Shown in pieces: positions 1 to 22,783 of a DNA stretch of 64,000 nucleotides. This DNA comes from the human T2T-CHM13v2.0 reference genome, Homo sapiens. A program made the position numbers and the translations under genes. The notes under the pieces are model-generated. The model was not told where the DNA came from. It made no database searches and saw only the letters and a list, made by a program, of their open reading frames with translations. The number at the start of each line of letters is the position of its first letter. The stretch's first letter is position 1. The stretch lies in assembly GCF_009914755.1 (NCBI RefSeq), contig NC_060941.1. One strand, written 5' to 3'.

Positions 1-389
<389 letters not shown>

Positions 390-645
390 TTACCAACTGT
401 TTTTGTGTCGTAACACTCACACAAGATGATAATATTTCTACAGTAAGCAGAGGAGGCTACTTGAGACTGAGGTAACTAACATGGACTCTCTAGCCACTGA
501 GGACCCACCCTGCTGCCCCTAGGCCTCACTCATCCAAGGAATACCAATTGGGAGACTCAGTTCAGAGATATCTACATGTTTAGTTTTATTAGGTATTGCT
601 AAATTTCTTCCCAAAGTGATTATCCCAGGTTATTACAGTCCCGCT

Positions 646-1075
646 GTATTAGTTATCTATTGCTGTGTAATCAAATACTCCCACACTTAGGAGTTTAAAA
701 CATTTTTTATGTACACAGTTCCTCCGGCTCAGGAACCCGGGGTGACTTAACTGGATGGTTCTGGCTCAGGGTCTCTTGTGTAGCTGCAATCAAGATGTCA
801 TTAATCATCGAAGCCTTCAATGGGGTTGGAGCATCTACTTGTAAGACAGCTCACTGAGTAACCTGGATTGGCTGGAGGCTTCAGTTTCTTGCTTTGCCGG
901 CCTCTGCATAGGGTTGCTTGATGTGTCTTCATCACATGGCAGCTGGCTTCCTTAGAGCAAGTGATCATAAAAAGACATTTTGACTTCTACCTTGCTTTCT
1001 TGATCACTTGCTGTAGGGAACCCAGCTTTGTATTTTGTTAGCCCTGAATCACTAAATCAAGCCCACCCTCAAGTA
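646..1075 (-). mobile_element. MLT1-family MaLR LTR
   Basis: tgtattagttatctattgctgtgtaa... and cacatggcagctggcttcc...agagcaagtga motifs. Confidence 0.75.
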
Positions 1076-1135
1076 TATCAAATAATTTGTGGATGTATTT
1101 TAAAAGCATATAGTTCCTACTTCTTCATGATTGTT

Positions 1136-2900
<1,765 letters not shown>

Positions 2901-3135
2901 TGAGTGGGAGGAATAAAATTTGATACAGCGAGTTTTTAGACAGTGTTTTTATAGAAGTTACTTTACTTCAACATAATTTTGTAAACACATACAGAAATGA
3001 ATTAATATTTTGATAAAAGGGCTTATAAGAGAAAATCGTTTTAGTGATAAAAAAGCTTTTTTCCTCTTGATTTCTCTTGTCACATAAATATTTTCTTTTC
3101 AAAAATAATGCTACCTTTTAGATTTTAATATTTAA

Positions 3136-3498
<363 letters not shown>

Positions 3499-3737
3499 TA
3501 ATATTTTTAAAAGAGCCATGTTATTGGTTTTCTGAGTTTAGCTTGTTGCATGGAAATACTTACTGGCCTAAAGTAAATTAAATGCTCATATTTAGCACAC
3601 ACCCTTATGGTTTACGGCCATTTTTCTTATAGGTTTTTTTGGGCGGGGGAAGGGGTGGGAATAGATGTCTCCTTGTCAACATTGGTACCCACCCTATAGA
3701 CACTGATGATAATTACCCAAGTACAAATGTAGCAAAG

Positions 3738-3769
3738 GTGCCCTCTAGTGGCTGCCTGCTGGAATTGCA
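3738..3769 (-). promoter_or_regulatory. CTCF site (core plus upstream motif)
   Basis: Minus strand reads TGCAATTCC-AGCAGGCAG-CCACTAGAGGGCAC. The core fully matches CCASYAGRKGGCRS. Confidence 0.75.
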
Positions 3770-3960
3770 TTTTGAGTCTTGCAAATCATTTTATTCACTG
3801 GGGAGATAATTTTTGAGTATAGTGTGTATGAAGCACTCTGCTGTATGTACAAGCACATGATCTTTGCCCTCATGGAGCTTGCAGTCTAGGAAAGGGTTGA
3901 AAGGCATTCATCAGATGATAACAAAAAACTGAAAAAAAAATTATTTTTTTTTGAGACTGA

Positions 3961-4158
<198 letters not shown>

Positions 4159-4239
4159 TAACCTCAGGTGATCTACCCGCCTCAGCCACCTAAAGTGCTG
4201 GGATTACAGATGAGAGCCACAGCGCCTGGCTAAAACTGA

Positions 4240-4591
<352 letters not shown>

Positions 4592-5359
4592 TAAAATAAG
4601 GATATTTCACTTAACCAGAGAGGCCAGAAAAGTGATATTTGAACTGAGTTTTGAAGAATTACTGGAGGTTAAGGAGGAAGAAAGTGTGTTTTAGGCATAG
4701 AAAACAACATTTTCGAAAAGTTCGGTGATAGGAAGAAGCATAGTGATATAGGAACTCTGATGAAGGGCAGTGTAGCTGGAACGGATAAGGAAATAAGAGA
4801 CTTGGATAAAATGAGAAAATACTGCATTTTATAGGCAGTGGTAAATAATCATGTTTGGCTGGATGTGGTGGCTCACACCCATAATTCTAACACTTTGGGA
4901 GGCCAAGGCAGGTGGATTGCTTGAGTTCAAGGAGTTCAAGACCAGCTGGACAACATGGCGAAATCTCCCCTCTACAAAGAATTGGCTGGGCGTGGTTGCA
5001 CGCGCTTGTAGTCTCAGTTACTCAGGAGGCTTTGGTTGGGAGGATTGCTTGAGCCCAGGAGGCTGCAGTGAGCCAAGATTATGTCACTGTACTCCAGCTT
5101 GGGCAACAGAGCAAGACCCTGTTTCAGAAAAAACAAAAGAATTGTGTCTTTATCTTAAAAACAATTGTGAACTATAACAGAGTTGGAATGGGAAACATAA
5201 CCAGATTTGTGTGTTTTTAATTGTGGTAATATATGCTTAGCATACACGTAACTTACCGTTGTAAAGCATGTGGTTCATTGATGTTACGTACGGTTACACT
5301 GTTTTGCAACTGTCATCCACCATTCATCCTAGATTTGTGGGCTTTTGTTTGTTTGTTTT

Positions 5360-6540
5360 TGTAATTTCAGCTTTTAGATTCAGGAAGTACATGTACAGGT
5401 TTGTTACATGGGTATATTGCATGGTGCTGAGGTTTGGGGTACGATTGATTCCGTCATCCAGGTAGGGAGCATAGTACCCAATTGTTAGTTTTTCATGTCT
5501 TCTTCCTTCTCTCCCTTCTCCCTCTAGTGGTCCCCAGTGTCTATTGTTGCCATCTGTATCTTCATGTGTACTCAATGTTTAGCTCCCATTTGCAAGTGAG
5601 AACATGTGGTATTTGGCTTTCTTTTCCTAAAAGAAATTGGAAATTTCTTTTATTTAGAAATTTAGAAATTTCTTTTCCTAAGTAAATTGGATTAATTTAC
5701 TTAGGATAATGGCCTCCAGCTGCATCTGTGTTGCTGCAAAGGACATAATTTCATTTTTTTTTTTGTGGCTGTGTAGTATTCTGTAGTGTGTATGTACCAT
5801 ATTTTCTTTATGCATTTCACTTTTGATGGGCACCTAAGTAGATTCCTTGTCTTTGCTATTGTGAATAGTGCTGCAATGAACATTTGAGTGCATGTGTCTT
5901 TTTGTAGAGCGATTTATTTTCCTTTGGATGTATACCCACTAACAGGATTGCTAGATCGAATGGTAGTTCTAAGTTCTTTGAGATATCTCCACACTGCTTT
6001 CCACAGTGGCTGAATTAATTTATATTCCCACCAACAGTGTATAAGCATTCCCTTTTCTCTGCAGCTTTGCCAGCATTGTCATTTATTGGCTTTTTAATAA
6101 TAGTCATTCTCACAGGGTATGAGATGGTATTTCATTGTGGTTTTGATTTGCGTTCTCTAATGATTACTAATGTGGAGCTTTTTATGATTCTTGGCCGTTT
6201 GCATGTCTTCTTTTGAAAAGTGTTGATGCCTTTTGCCCACTTTCTAATGGGGTTATTTGTTTTTAACTTGTTGAATTGTTTAAGTTCTTTACAGATTCTA
6301 GATATTAGATCTTTGTCAGATACATAGTTTGTGAATATTTTCTCCCTTTCTGTAGGTTGTCTGTTTACTCTGTTGATAGCTTCTTTTGCTGTGCAGAAGC
6401 TCTTTAATTAGGTCCTACTTGTCAATTTTTGTTTTTGTTACAGTTGCTTTTGAGGATTTAGTCACAGATTCTTTCCCAAGGCTGATGTCCATCCACGATT
6501 CTTACAGTTTGAGGTCTTACATTTAAATCTTTAATCCATT
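5360..6540 (-). mobile_element. L1 (L1PB/old L1PA-like) 3' end, 5'-truncated
   Basis: tacatgtacaggtttgttacatggg 3'UTR, and ORF2 C-terminal remnant (MFIAALFTIAKT...KKIWYIHTTEYY). Confidence 0.9.
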
Positions 6541-6602
6541 AGTTTGTGTTTTAAAGAGAGAATTTTCATTGAGTTTTGAGAATGGATTAGAGGGGGTAAA
6601 CA

Positions 6603-6860
6603 TTGTTGGAAGTTCTCCATGGGAAGCCACTCAAAGGGGTGCTGAAATTTGATAGGTGTAAGGACCACTGAGTGTCTTGTGGACTGCTGGCTGCCAAGTG
6701 CCACAGGAGCAAGCAGAAAATATACTGGAACCAGAAAGCAGGCCTCCTCTCTTCTGGTGTCCCTTCAGCACCCTCTACTGAGGAAAAAAGGGAATTGGCT
6801 GTCTGCCAGTTTCCAAGGCACCTCCTTTCAGGACCTACAGAAATGATGTTCTATGATCGT
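6603..6860. mobile_element. Old ERVL-type LTR fragment (LTR33/LTR41-like)
   Basis: ggtgtcccttcagcaccctctactga motif. Confidence 0.4.
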
Positions 6861-7172
6861 ACTTTGGTGTACAAACACTAGACCAGTAATAAAAACCCTT
6901 AGTTAAAGGCCCAATTCTGATCCTTACCAGTTATTTGATATTAGATAGAATCATATAGACTCTTTGAACTGGTAAAACAAGGGAAAGTGTCTATGAGTAT
7001 GAATCATCTGGTGAGTTTGTTGAAAGGTCAGATTCTAGGGACTTTTACTAGCAAATTTGAAGCAACTTGAGCATCAAAACAAATTATAACAGGAATAAGT
7101 TAAAAAATATTGAATAAAAAAGAATCTGTAAGTCTATATAGAGATAAAAAATTGTACAGGTAGAAGAATGGA

Positions 7173-8212
<1,040 letters not shown>

Positions 8213-8239
8213 CCTTTTTGGGGTTGGGAAAGAAGAGCA

Positions 8240-9830
<1,591 letters not shown>

Positions 9831-9984
9831 GAAGAAACAATCCCTTCTTCTGAAAATGTATTGAGGTTTATTGAGAAAGAAATAGAGATTGAGGCTGGGC
9901 GTGGTGTCTAACGCCTGTAATCCTAGCACTTTGGGAAGCCTAGGTGTACAGATCACCTGAGGTCAGGAGTTCCAGACCAGCCTA

Positions 9985-10173
<189 letters not shown>

Positions 10174-10269
10174 TCAAAAAAAAGAAAAAGATATTGGAGA
10201 CTAGTGATTTGGAAGTTGTCAGTAAAAGAGTTGGAAACTTGAAAGGATGGTTTCACCAAAGCAATGTAA

Positions 10270-10270
10270 A

Positions 10271-10324
<54 letters not shown>

Positions 10325-10511
10325 ATATATATGTGTATATATATGTATATATATATGTGTATATATATGTATATATATGTGTGTGTATATATATGTATAT
10401 ATATATGTGTGTATATATATGTATATATATGTGTGTATATATATATGTATATGTATATGTGTGTGTGTGTATATATATATATACACACACACACATATAC
10501 ATATACATATG
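10270..10511. repeat. Compound (TG)n/(TA)n/(CA)n microsatellite
   Basis: About (TG)19, then mixed TA/TG, then a CA block. Confidence 0.98.
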
Positions 10512-11899
10512 TAGGTAGGTAGATAGGTATCTCCAGAAAGATAAGAACATAAGAATAATAGTCCTTACAGGGAAAACTGGAAGGGCAGTGGTGAGAAGGG
10601 AGAATTTTCACTGTATATGTACCCTTTTATATCTTTTGGTTTTCATACTATGCGAATATATTACATAATATTATAAAAAGGCAGACCCAGTACCGTGGCT
10701 CATACTTGTAATCCCAGCACTTTGGGGAACCGAGGTGGGAGGATTGCTTGAATCCAGGACTTGGAGACCAGCCTGGACAACATAGTGGGACCGCCATCTC
10801 TACAAAAAATAAATTAGCTGGGCCTGTTGGTATACACCTATAGTCCCATCTACTTGAGAGGTTGACGTAGGAGGATCACTTGAGCCCAGGAGATCTATCC
10901 TGCAGTGAGCCATGATTGTGCCACTGTCCCCATGTTCATTTTTATTATTTCGTCAACCAGGGAGCTTTGTTTTGCTGGTATAAAGAGGTAAGTGTGTCTT
11001 TGTGAGCTTATCTGGATTATAATTAGCTTTTAGTGCTTGCATGTATTCTGTTTTGCTGCTCAGAGGGCTGAATTGCTTTTTGAAGAGTCTGGTTAGCAAT
11101 GATTTTGCTACTTTCAAGTGGGAGTAATTGACTTGAATTATTCTTTCTTTGGACTCTGAGCATGTTTGAATTGCCAGTATTTCTGATGGGGAGCTAGTGG
11201 GGAAGTTTAAATAAAGAAAAGGACAAAGCTTCCTCTTGTTTAACAAAAAAACCAGACCTACTGAAAGGGGACAAAAATTGTTTAACCTCTTGTCTGAAAA
11301 TCTTTTGCTTTTAATTTAGGCCTTTCCCTTAAATAGTTCACAATAAACAAAAGAGGCAGAAATTAATGTTTTCTCCTTTCTGTCTCCTCTTCCACATTTA
11401 TTGGAAACAGAAGAAAAATTTATATTGTTTCATTTATGTTGTCTTATATATTACAGAAAAGTAGATGGTTTCTATAAATCATTTTTATTTTATTCTGTTT
11501 TAGTTTTATTGATCTTTTTTATGGCCTGGGTCGACTAAAAGTTATTGTCTCTTGAACATTTTGATGTTTGTATCTAATAGGTCTAAAGGCAGAAGTTTAG
11601 GCATTGTTTTTATGTGGAGCTAATCAAGGAGAAGGATAAATGTAAGAGCTTTCTTTTTCCGGCTCAGTGAAAGGGAGAACTGTTGCTCTCCAAAGTTTGG
11701 TCATATGGTTGGTAAAGAGCATTACAATGCTCATTTTTATATTTTGAATTTTCTTGCAAGTGACTGGTACTTGTTCTGTAAGTTTTGATGTAGGTACTTT
11801 ACTGATCTAGAGATTAACAGGAAGTTTGCAAACAGCCATTGGTACTTCTGTTTGTAGGATAAGTTCTCATCTTGTCCTTTTTCTTCAAAATTATCTTGA

Positions 11900-12650
11900 T
11901 TAATCTTGGCCCTTTGCGCTTAGCCTGTCAAATTCTACAACAATCCTTTTGGGATTTTGGTTAGAATTACATTGACTTTGTAGATTATTTTGGGAATAAT
12001 TGACATCTTTATTATAGTAAGTATTGCTATCTATGAATCTGATTGGTTACTTCATTTATTTAGATTATCTTTTTAATGTTTCAAAATAGAATCTATAATC
12101 TTCATAACAGGCATGTATACCGTTTGTTAAAGTTGTTCCTAAGTTCCTTACATTTGGTTCATTGTTAAAATTGGATTATTTAAACATTTATATTTTCTAT
12201 GTCTTGCTATCATATAGAAATACGTTGACTTATATATTGGGTTTGTATTTAACAACTTTGCTAAACTTTTCTATTGTAATAATTTATTTTTGGTTTTCCA
12301 TGTATAAATGAAATTATCTGCAAATAATATTAGTATTATTTTCTCCTTTCCATTTTGTATATACTTTATTTTTATTATCTTACTGTGCTGGGAAGGACTC
12401 AGTATAGTATTAGAAGAGAAGCAATGATACAAGGCATAGTTTTCTTATTTCTACATTTTAAAGGGAATACTTTTAACATTTTACCTTTAAGATGATTATT
12501 ACAGAATTCTGGTGGATATACTTTATCAGGTTAAGGGAGTTCCCTTTTATTCTTAGTTTGCTAGGAAATCTTATCATGAGAGGAGTTTGAATGTTATCAA
12601 ATGCTTTTCTGCGTCTATTGAGATGAACTGTGTAGATTTTCTCTTTTAAT
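11900..12650 (-). mobile_element. Old L1M ORF2 remnant abutting the exon 4 acceptor
   Basis: gaattacattgactttgtagattattttgggaataattgacatcttt...aatgcttttctgcgtctattgagatg. Confidence 0.75.
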
Positions 12651-12671
12651 CTGTTGCTGTTGTACTATTAG

Positions 12672-12917
<246 letters not shown>

Positions 12918-13186
12918 TGAATAACTTGATATTGTTGTCTAAACATTGTTTTGGTACTTCTGTCAGAATCTTGAATATGAACTAAGGACATTGACCTTGG
13001 GTAGATTTTTGCATTTGCCTTGATCTGCTAGTGGGTAAAACATAGGCTTTGTAGCTCCTAATCATTAGAGGAATGAGACAAGAAATATATAACCGAAGTC
13101 TAATAACAAAACACACAACCACTGACTTCAGTATAAATTGGCCTGTGAAACGTTGCTAATTCCTTATTTTTTTAAATGACATATAA

Positions 13187-15477
<2,291 letters not shown>

Positions 15478-15635
15478 CTAACTCTGGTGACTAGTAAGCT
15501 GTTATAAAGAAGAGACATTATTTAGGGAGAGATGGGGGAGGTAATTAGTTCAGACATAGGCATGTTGAGTTGAGGTACCTGTGGTTCATCTAGATAGATA
15601 TCTTCAGTAGGCAGTTATAAATATTTGAGAGAGAG

Positions 15636-15796
15636 GGGTGGCATGCTCCTATAGTCCCAGCTACTCAGGAGGCTGTGGGAGGATTGCTTAACCCCAGGAG
15701 TTCAAGGCTGTAGGGCTCTATGATTGTACTTGTTAATAGCCACTGCACTCCAGCCTGGACAACATAGTGAGACCCTCATCTCTTTAAAAATAAAAA
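15636..15796 (+). mobile_element. FAM (fossil Alu monomer)
   Basis: Monomer retaining the ctatgattgtacttgttaatagccactgcac segment. Confidence 0.75.
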
Positions 15797-16141
15797 CTTG
15801 GGAGGGAAGCGTGGAAATACTAATTTAACAGTTAACAAGAGTTGCGTAAATTGTGGCAATATATGCACTTAGAGAGACTCTGTGGTTTAAGAGCACACAA
15901 TATTAGGGGGACTCAAGTCAGCAGAATTCTAGTGAGCTGAGGGAAAAATATACAGGTAAGATAGTGGAAAATGGTTTATATAATTGTTTTCATAGAGCAT
16001 TGATGGGAAGGGAAACAGGCACACTGAAAAAGTGAGAGGTAAGGGCTCAGTCAGCTGGTGTTTGGAGAGTGGAACCACATGCCGTAGGGAATGTGATAGA
16101 TTCATGAATTAGAGATTAATGCTGCCTTTAATCAATTCTGA

Positions 16142-16455
<314 letters not shown>

Positions 16456-16839
16456 TGATCCACCCACCTCGGCCTCCCAAAGTGCTGGGATTACAGGTGT
16501 GAACCACCATGCCAAGCCACCACGCCCAGCCGACAGTGTTTTTTATTTCGTTTGTGGCACATAAAATGATGCATCCATAACACAAGGCTCATGGTATTCT
16601 ACATGAAGAAAACAATCTAAGTGATCCAGTCAGAGTTACAAAAAAGAATATCATAGTAAAACCCCTCAAAGTAGGAGGTTGAAAATAATAGAGCAGAAAT
16701 TAATTATTTAGGGAGATTCACAAAACCCAGAAGGGCAGTCTTTTAAGAAGACACATAAGGCATGATTGATTGTTTCTAGTTCAAGAGAAAAGCACAAAAA
16801 AGTTTGAGTGGACATAACTACACTTAAAAATAGAGATTT

Positions 16840-19100
16840 TTAAAACACACTTTAAAAAATTCGAAGTATACTATACATATGACATTTACTATTTGTACTA
16901 TTTGAAATTGTACAATTCAATAGTAAAAAATCCATTTATATTCTTTTTTTCCACCCTTCATCTCTCTCTCCCTACTACCCTTCCTGGCTTCTTGTAACCA
17001 CAATTCTACTCTCTCTCTTTGTGAGATCTACTCTTTTAGCTGCCACATATGAGTGAGATCATGTCTTTCTGTGCTTGGATTATTTCATTTAGCATAATGT
17101 CCTCCAGTTCCATCCCTGTTGCTGCAAATGACAAGATTTCATTCTTTTCTATGGCCGAATACTATTTCATTGTGTATGTGTATATACACCACATTTTCTT
17201 TATCCATTCATGTATTAAATGGAATTGACGTAGGATGATTCCATATTTGGACTGTTGTGAATAGTGCTGCAATAAACATGGGAGTGCAGATATACCTTCA
17301 GTGTATTGATTTTCTTTCTGTTGGATATATGTATAGTAGTGGAATTGTTGGATCATATGGTAGTTTACTTCTGTTTTTTTTTTTTTTTTTTTTTTTTTTG
17401 AGGAACCTTCATACTGTTCTTCGTAGTGGCTGCTCTAATTTACATTCCCACTAACACTGAGGGTTCCCCTTTCTGCACATCCTCACCAGCATCTGTAGTT
17501 GCCTATCTTTTTGATGCAAGTGGTTTTAACTGGAGTGAGATGATACCTCATTGTGGTTTTGATTTGCATTTCTCTGATGATTAGTGATGTTGAGCATTTT
17601 TTCATATATCTGTTAATCATTTGTATGTCTTTTGAGAAATGTGTATTTTAGATCTTTTGCCCATTTTAAAATTGGATTATTTGGGGCTTGTTTTGTTTTG
17701 TTGCTACTGATTTGAGCTCCTTACATGTTGTTAATTCCTTGTCAGATGGATAGTTTGCAGATGTTTTATCCCATTCTGTGGGTTCTCTCTTCACTTTGTT
17801 GATTGTTTCCTTTGCATTTTAGCTTGTATTTTCATTTGTCTATTTTTGCTTTGGTTGCCAGTGCTTTTGAGGTCTCATGCAAAAATTATTTGCCCAGAAC
17901 AGTGTCCTGGAGCGTTTCTCCAATGTTGTTTTCTTCTAGTAGTTTCATAGTTTGTGAGATCAAAGTAGATCTCACAGAGGGAATAGAATTGTGGTTACCA
18001 ATTCTACTAATTGAGATCTTAGATTTAAGTCATTAATCCATTTTGATTTGATTTTTGTGTGTGATGAGAGATAGGGGTATAGTTTCATTCTTCAGCATAT
18101 AGTTATCCAGTTTTCCCCCTACCATTTATTGTTGCTCTTGGCACCTTTGTTGAAGATGAGCTGGCTGCAAATTGCGTGGATTTATACATAGGTTTTCTGT
18201 TCTGTTCCATTGGTCTATGTGTCTGTTTTTGTAGCAGTACCATGCTATTTTGGTTACTGTAGCCCTCTAGTATAGTTTTGAAGTCAGGTAGTGTGATGCC
18301 TCCAGCTTTGTTCTTTTGGCTTAGAATTGCTTTGGCTATTCAGGATATTTTGTGGTTTCATATGAATTCTGAGCTTAAAGAAAAAATTATGTGAAGAATG
18401 TCATTTCAATTTTGATAGGGATTGAATCTTTAAATTGCTTTGGGTAGTATTGTCATGTTAACAATATTAATCCATCCAATCCATAAGCATGGACTACCTT
18501 TGTATCTTTTTGTGTCCTCTTCAATTTCTTTCATCAGTATTTTCTAGTTTTCCTTTATAGATCTTTCACATCTTTGGTTAAATTGATTACTAGGCATTTT
18601 ATAATTTGTGTACCTATTGGAAATAGGATTGCTTTCTTGATTTCTTTTTCAGATTGTTTGCTGTTGGTATATGTAAATGCTGCTGATTTTTGTATGTTCA
18701 TCTTGTATCCTGCAGTTTCACTGAATTTATCAGCTCTAACAGTTTTTTGGTGGCGTCTTTAGGTTTTTGTAGGTATGAGATCATGTTACCTGCAAACAAG
18801 GCTCATTTGACTTATTCGTTTCCAGTTTGGTTACCCTTTATTTCTTTCTCTTGCCTAATTGCTCTGGCCGGGACTTCCAGTATTGTATTGAATAACAGTA
18901 AGTGAGAGTGGGGCATCCTTGTCTGTTTCAGTCCTTAGAGGAAAGACCTTCAATTTTTTTCCCCATTCAGTATTGATGTTGGCTGTGAGTTTGTCATTTT
19001 GAGGTATATTTCTACTATACTTATTTTTGTTGGGTTTTTATCATAAAGTGATGTTCAATTTTACGAAATGCTTTTTCAGTGTCTATTGAAATAATATGCT
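16840..19100 (-). mobile_element. L1MA-type element (3'UTR plus ORF2 remnant)
   Basis: Continuous antisense L1 similarity (gaatagtgctgcaataaacatggg; aagtcaggtagtgtgatgcctccagctttgttc). Confidence 0.9.
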
Positions 19101-19369
19101 TTTTTTTTTTGAGAGAGAGAGTCTCACTCTGTCACCCAGGCTGGGAGCACAGTGGTGCGATCCCGGCTCACTGCAGCCTCCACCTCCTGGGCTGAACTGA
19201 TTCTCCCACCTCAGCCTCCCAAGCAGCTGAGGTGGGAGGATCACTTGAGCCCAGGAGGTGGAGACTGCAGTAAGCCGAGGTCACACCACTGCATTCCAGC
19301 CTGGGTGACAGAGTGAGACCCTGTCTCAAAAAACAACAAACAAAATTTTCCACTCATTTTCATTAGTCA

Positions 19370-19743
<374 letters not shown>

Positions 19744-20161
19744 TTATTTCCTGGAGTACATCATTTTCACTTTTGTTCTGTGAAACCTAGCAGATTTTAA
19801 ATTCATATATGACACTGGAAGTTTTATTCCAAGCCACATTTATTTGCATAAAATGAGATCCTTTTGGTTTTGTTTTCTTTACTCGTTCAATTGGTATATA
19901 TTTGTTCTTTATACTATAAGCAGTTATTGTATTACTTTTTCCTCATATGAGTGACATTGACTGTTTATATATATATATGAGCTGTTTATATTTCCTTTTC
20001 TCTGGATTTTGTTTATATTCTTTGACAATTTTTATGTTGAGTCATTTTCTTCGATTTGCAGAATCTCTTATGTTAGAAGGAATTTGACCCTTTGCAATGA
20101 TTTTTTTTTGTACCATGCCTGATTGTCTTGTTTGTGAATTATGTTTTCTTAAATAACTTGA

Positions 20162-20332
<171 letters not shown>

Positions 20333-21089
20333 TGACTAATTTTTGTATTTTTAGCAGAGATGGGGTTTCGCCATGTTGGTCAGGCTGGCCTTGAATTCCT
20401 GACCTTGCAGTCCACCTGCCTCCACCTCCCAAAGTACTGGGATTAAAGGCGTGAGCCACCACACCTGGCTACTTTCTTTTTAAGTAACTTCTTTATAACT
20501 TTTTCTTTTCTTTTTTTCTTTTTCTTTCTTTCTTTTTTTTTTTTAAATGGAGTCTTGCTCTGTTGCCTAGGCTGGAATGTGGTGGCCTGATCTTGGCTCA
20601 CTGCAACCTCCGCCTCCTGGGTTCAAGCGACTCTCCTGCCTCAGCCTCCTGAGTAGCTGGGACTACAGGCATGTGCCGTCGCGCCCGGCTAATTTTTTGT
20701 TTTTTTAGTAGAGATAGGGTTTCACCATGTTAGCGAGGATGGTCTCGATCTCCTGACCTCATGATCCACCCGCCTCCTCCTCCCAAAGTGCTGGGATTAC
20801 AGGCATGAGCCATTGCGTCTGGACAACTTTTTCTAAATAAAGTTACAGTGAAGGCTGAGTTTCTTGATAAAAATAAAAATAGTGAAATTTAATGACAGGA
20901 TAAAACCTTGTTTTATTAGTATTTTTTGAATTTAGAAAAGTATTATTTTAACATGGCTAAGGAGACTGGGGATAATGTTTGAAAATTTGGGAGCTTTGGC
21001 TGGGCGCAGTGGCTCACACCTGTAATCCCAGCACTTTGGGAGGCAGAGGCGTGTGGATCGAGGTCAGGAGATCAAGACCATCCTGGCTA

Positions 21090-21389
<300 letters not shown>

Positions 21390-21416
21390 TTACTTTCCTT
21401 CTCCTTGTTCTTTTGA

Positions 21417-21719
<303 letters not shown>

Positions 21720-21755
21720 TAGCGTCACCTGGAAACAATTTTTAAATTCTTACAG

Positions 21756-21866
21756 GATTTTGGATTTGAACTCGATTCAAGAAAGTGATGTAACTTATTA
21801 TCAGAGAGCCATCTTTACATCAATACTAATCTGAATGCCAGCCATGTGTACAGCACTAATAAAAAG
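21756..21866 (+). CDS. PPM1D: PPM1D alternative exon 5' (111 nt), encoding DFGFELDSRK-stop; matches the PPM1D430 isoform. Coding part 21756-21788
   Basis: ttcttacag| acceptor 90 nt after exon 5 and AAG|gtgatt donor. In-frame GAT TTT GGA TTT GAA CTC GAT TCA AGA AAG TGA gives 420+10 = 430 aa. Confidence 0.88.
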
Positions 21867-22582
21867 GTGATTGTGGGCCCTTAAGAATATTATTGTTTGC
21901 CATCTAATGCTATGAACATTATTTTTAAAGCATTTAGAAGTTTGTGAAGCACTTAAATATATTTTATTTGAATCTCGTAGCCCAGAAGTAGAGCTAATGT
22001 TATTATTTCATTTTATCAGTAATAAGCCTGAGAGATTAAACTGTCTAAACAAGGTCATAGAGAATCAAAATTGAGCTGGACCTGAGGATAGCAGACGTTA
22101 CAACTGGTTGTCTGTTAACTCGTATAAGAAACTTTATTCCTATTTCTTATCCATGTTAATATTGATTGAGTTTAAGATATGCTTTGAAATAAGCAAATTT
22201 TAAGTAGATATCATACTTTTTTGATTTACTAAGAACTCAAATACTTGGTTGTGTTTTCATCCTAATTTTTCCCACCAAAAATTAGCAGTATTGATTGATA
22301 ATTGCTTTAATACATAGCATGGCTAACCTGGCTTTCTGAGAATGTGTTTTCAGTAGACTGACCATTAAAATGGGAAATGTAGGGAAATCTAATGTCACCT
22401 ATTCAGGAAGTTTTTTAAAGTGTCAAAGGCCTTTAATTTTGGGCGTCGTAATCCTATAGTCAATACTTGGAAATGGATTATTACTGCTTTGCTTTCTTTC
22501 ACTTTACATACATATGGCAAAAACCACATATGGCCAGATACAATGGAATGTTTTCATTTCTTTTTCTTTTTTTTGTTTTTGA

Positions 22583-22783
<201 letters not shown>

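Noticed and set aside
5701-5883. L1 ORF2-like peptide suggesting an active element
   Set aside because: A short, decayed, 5'-truncated fragment.
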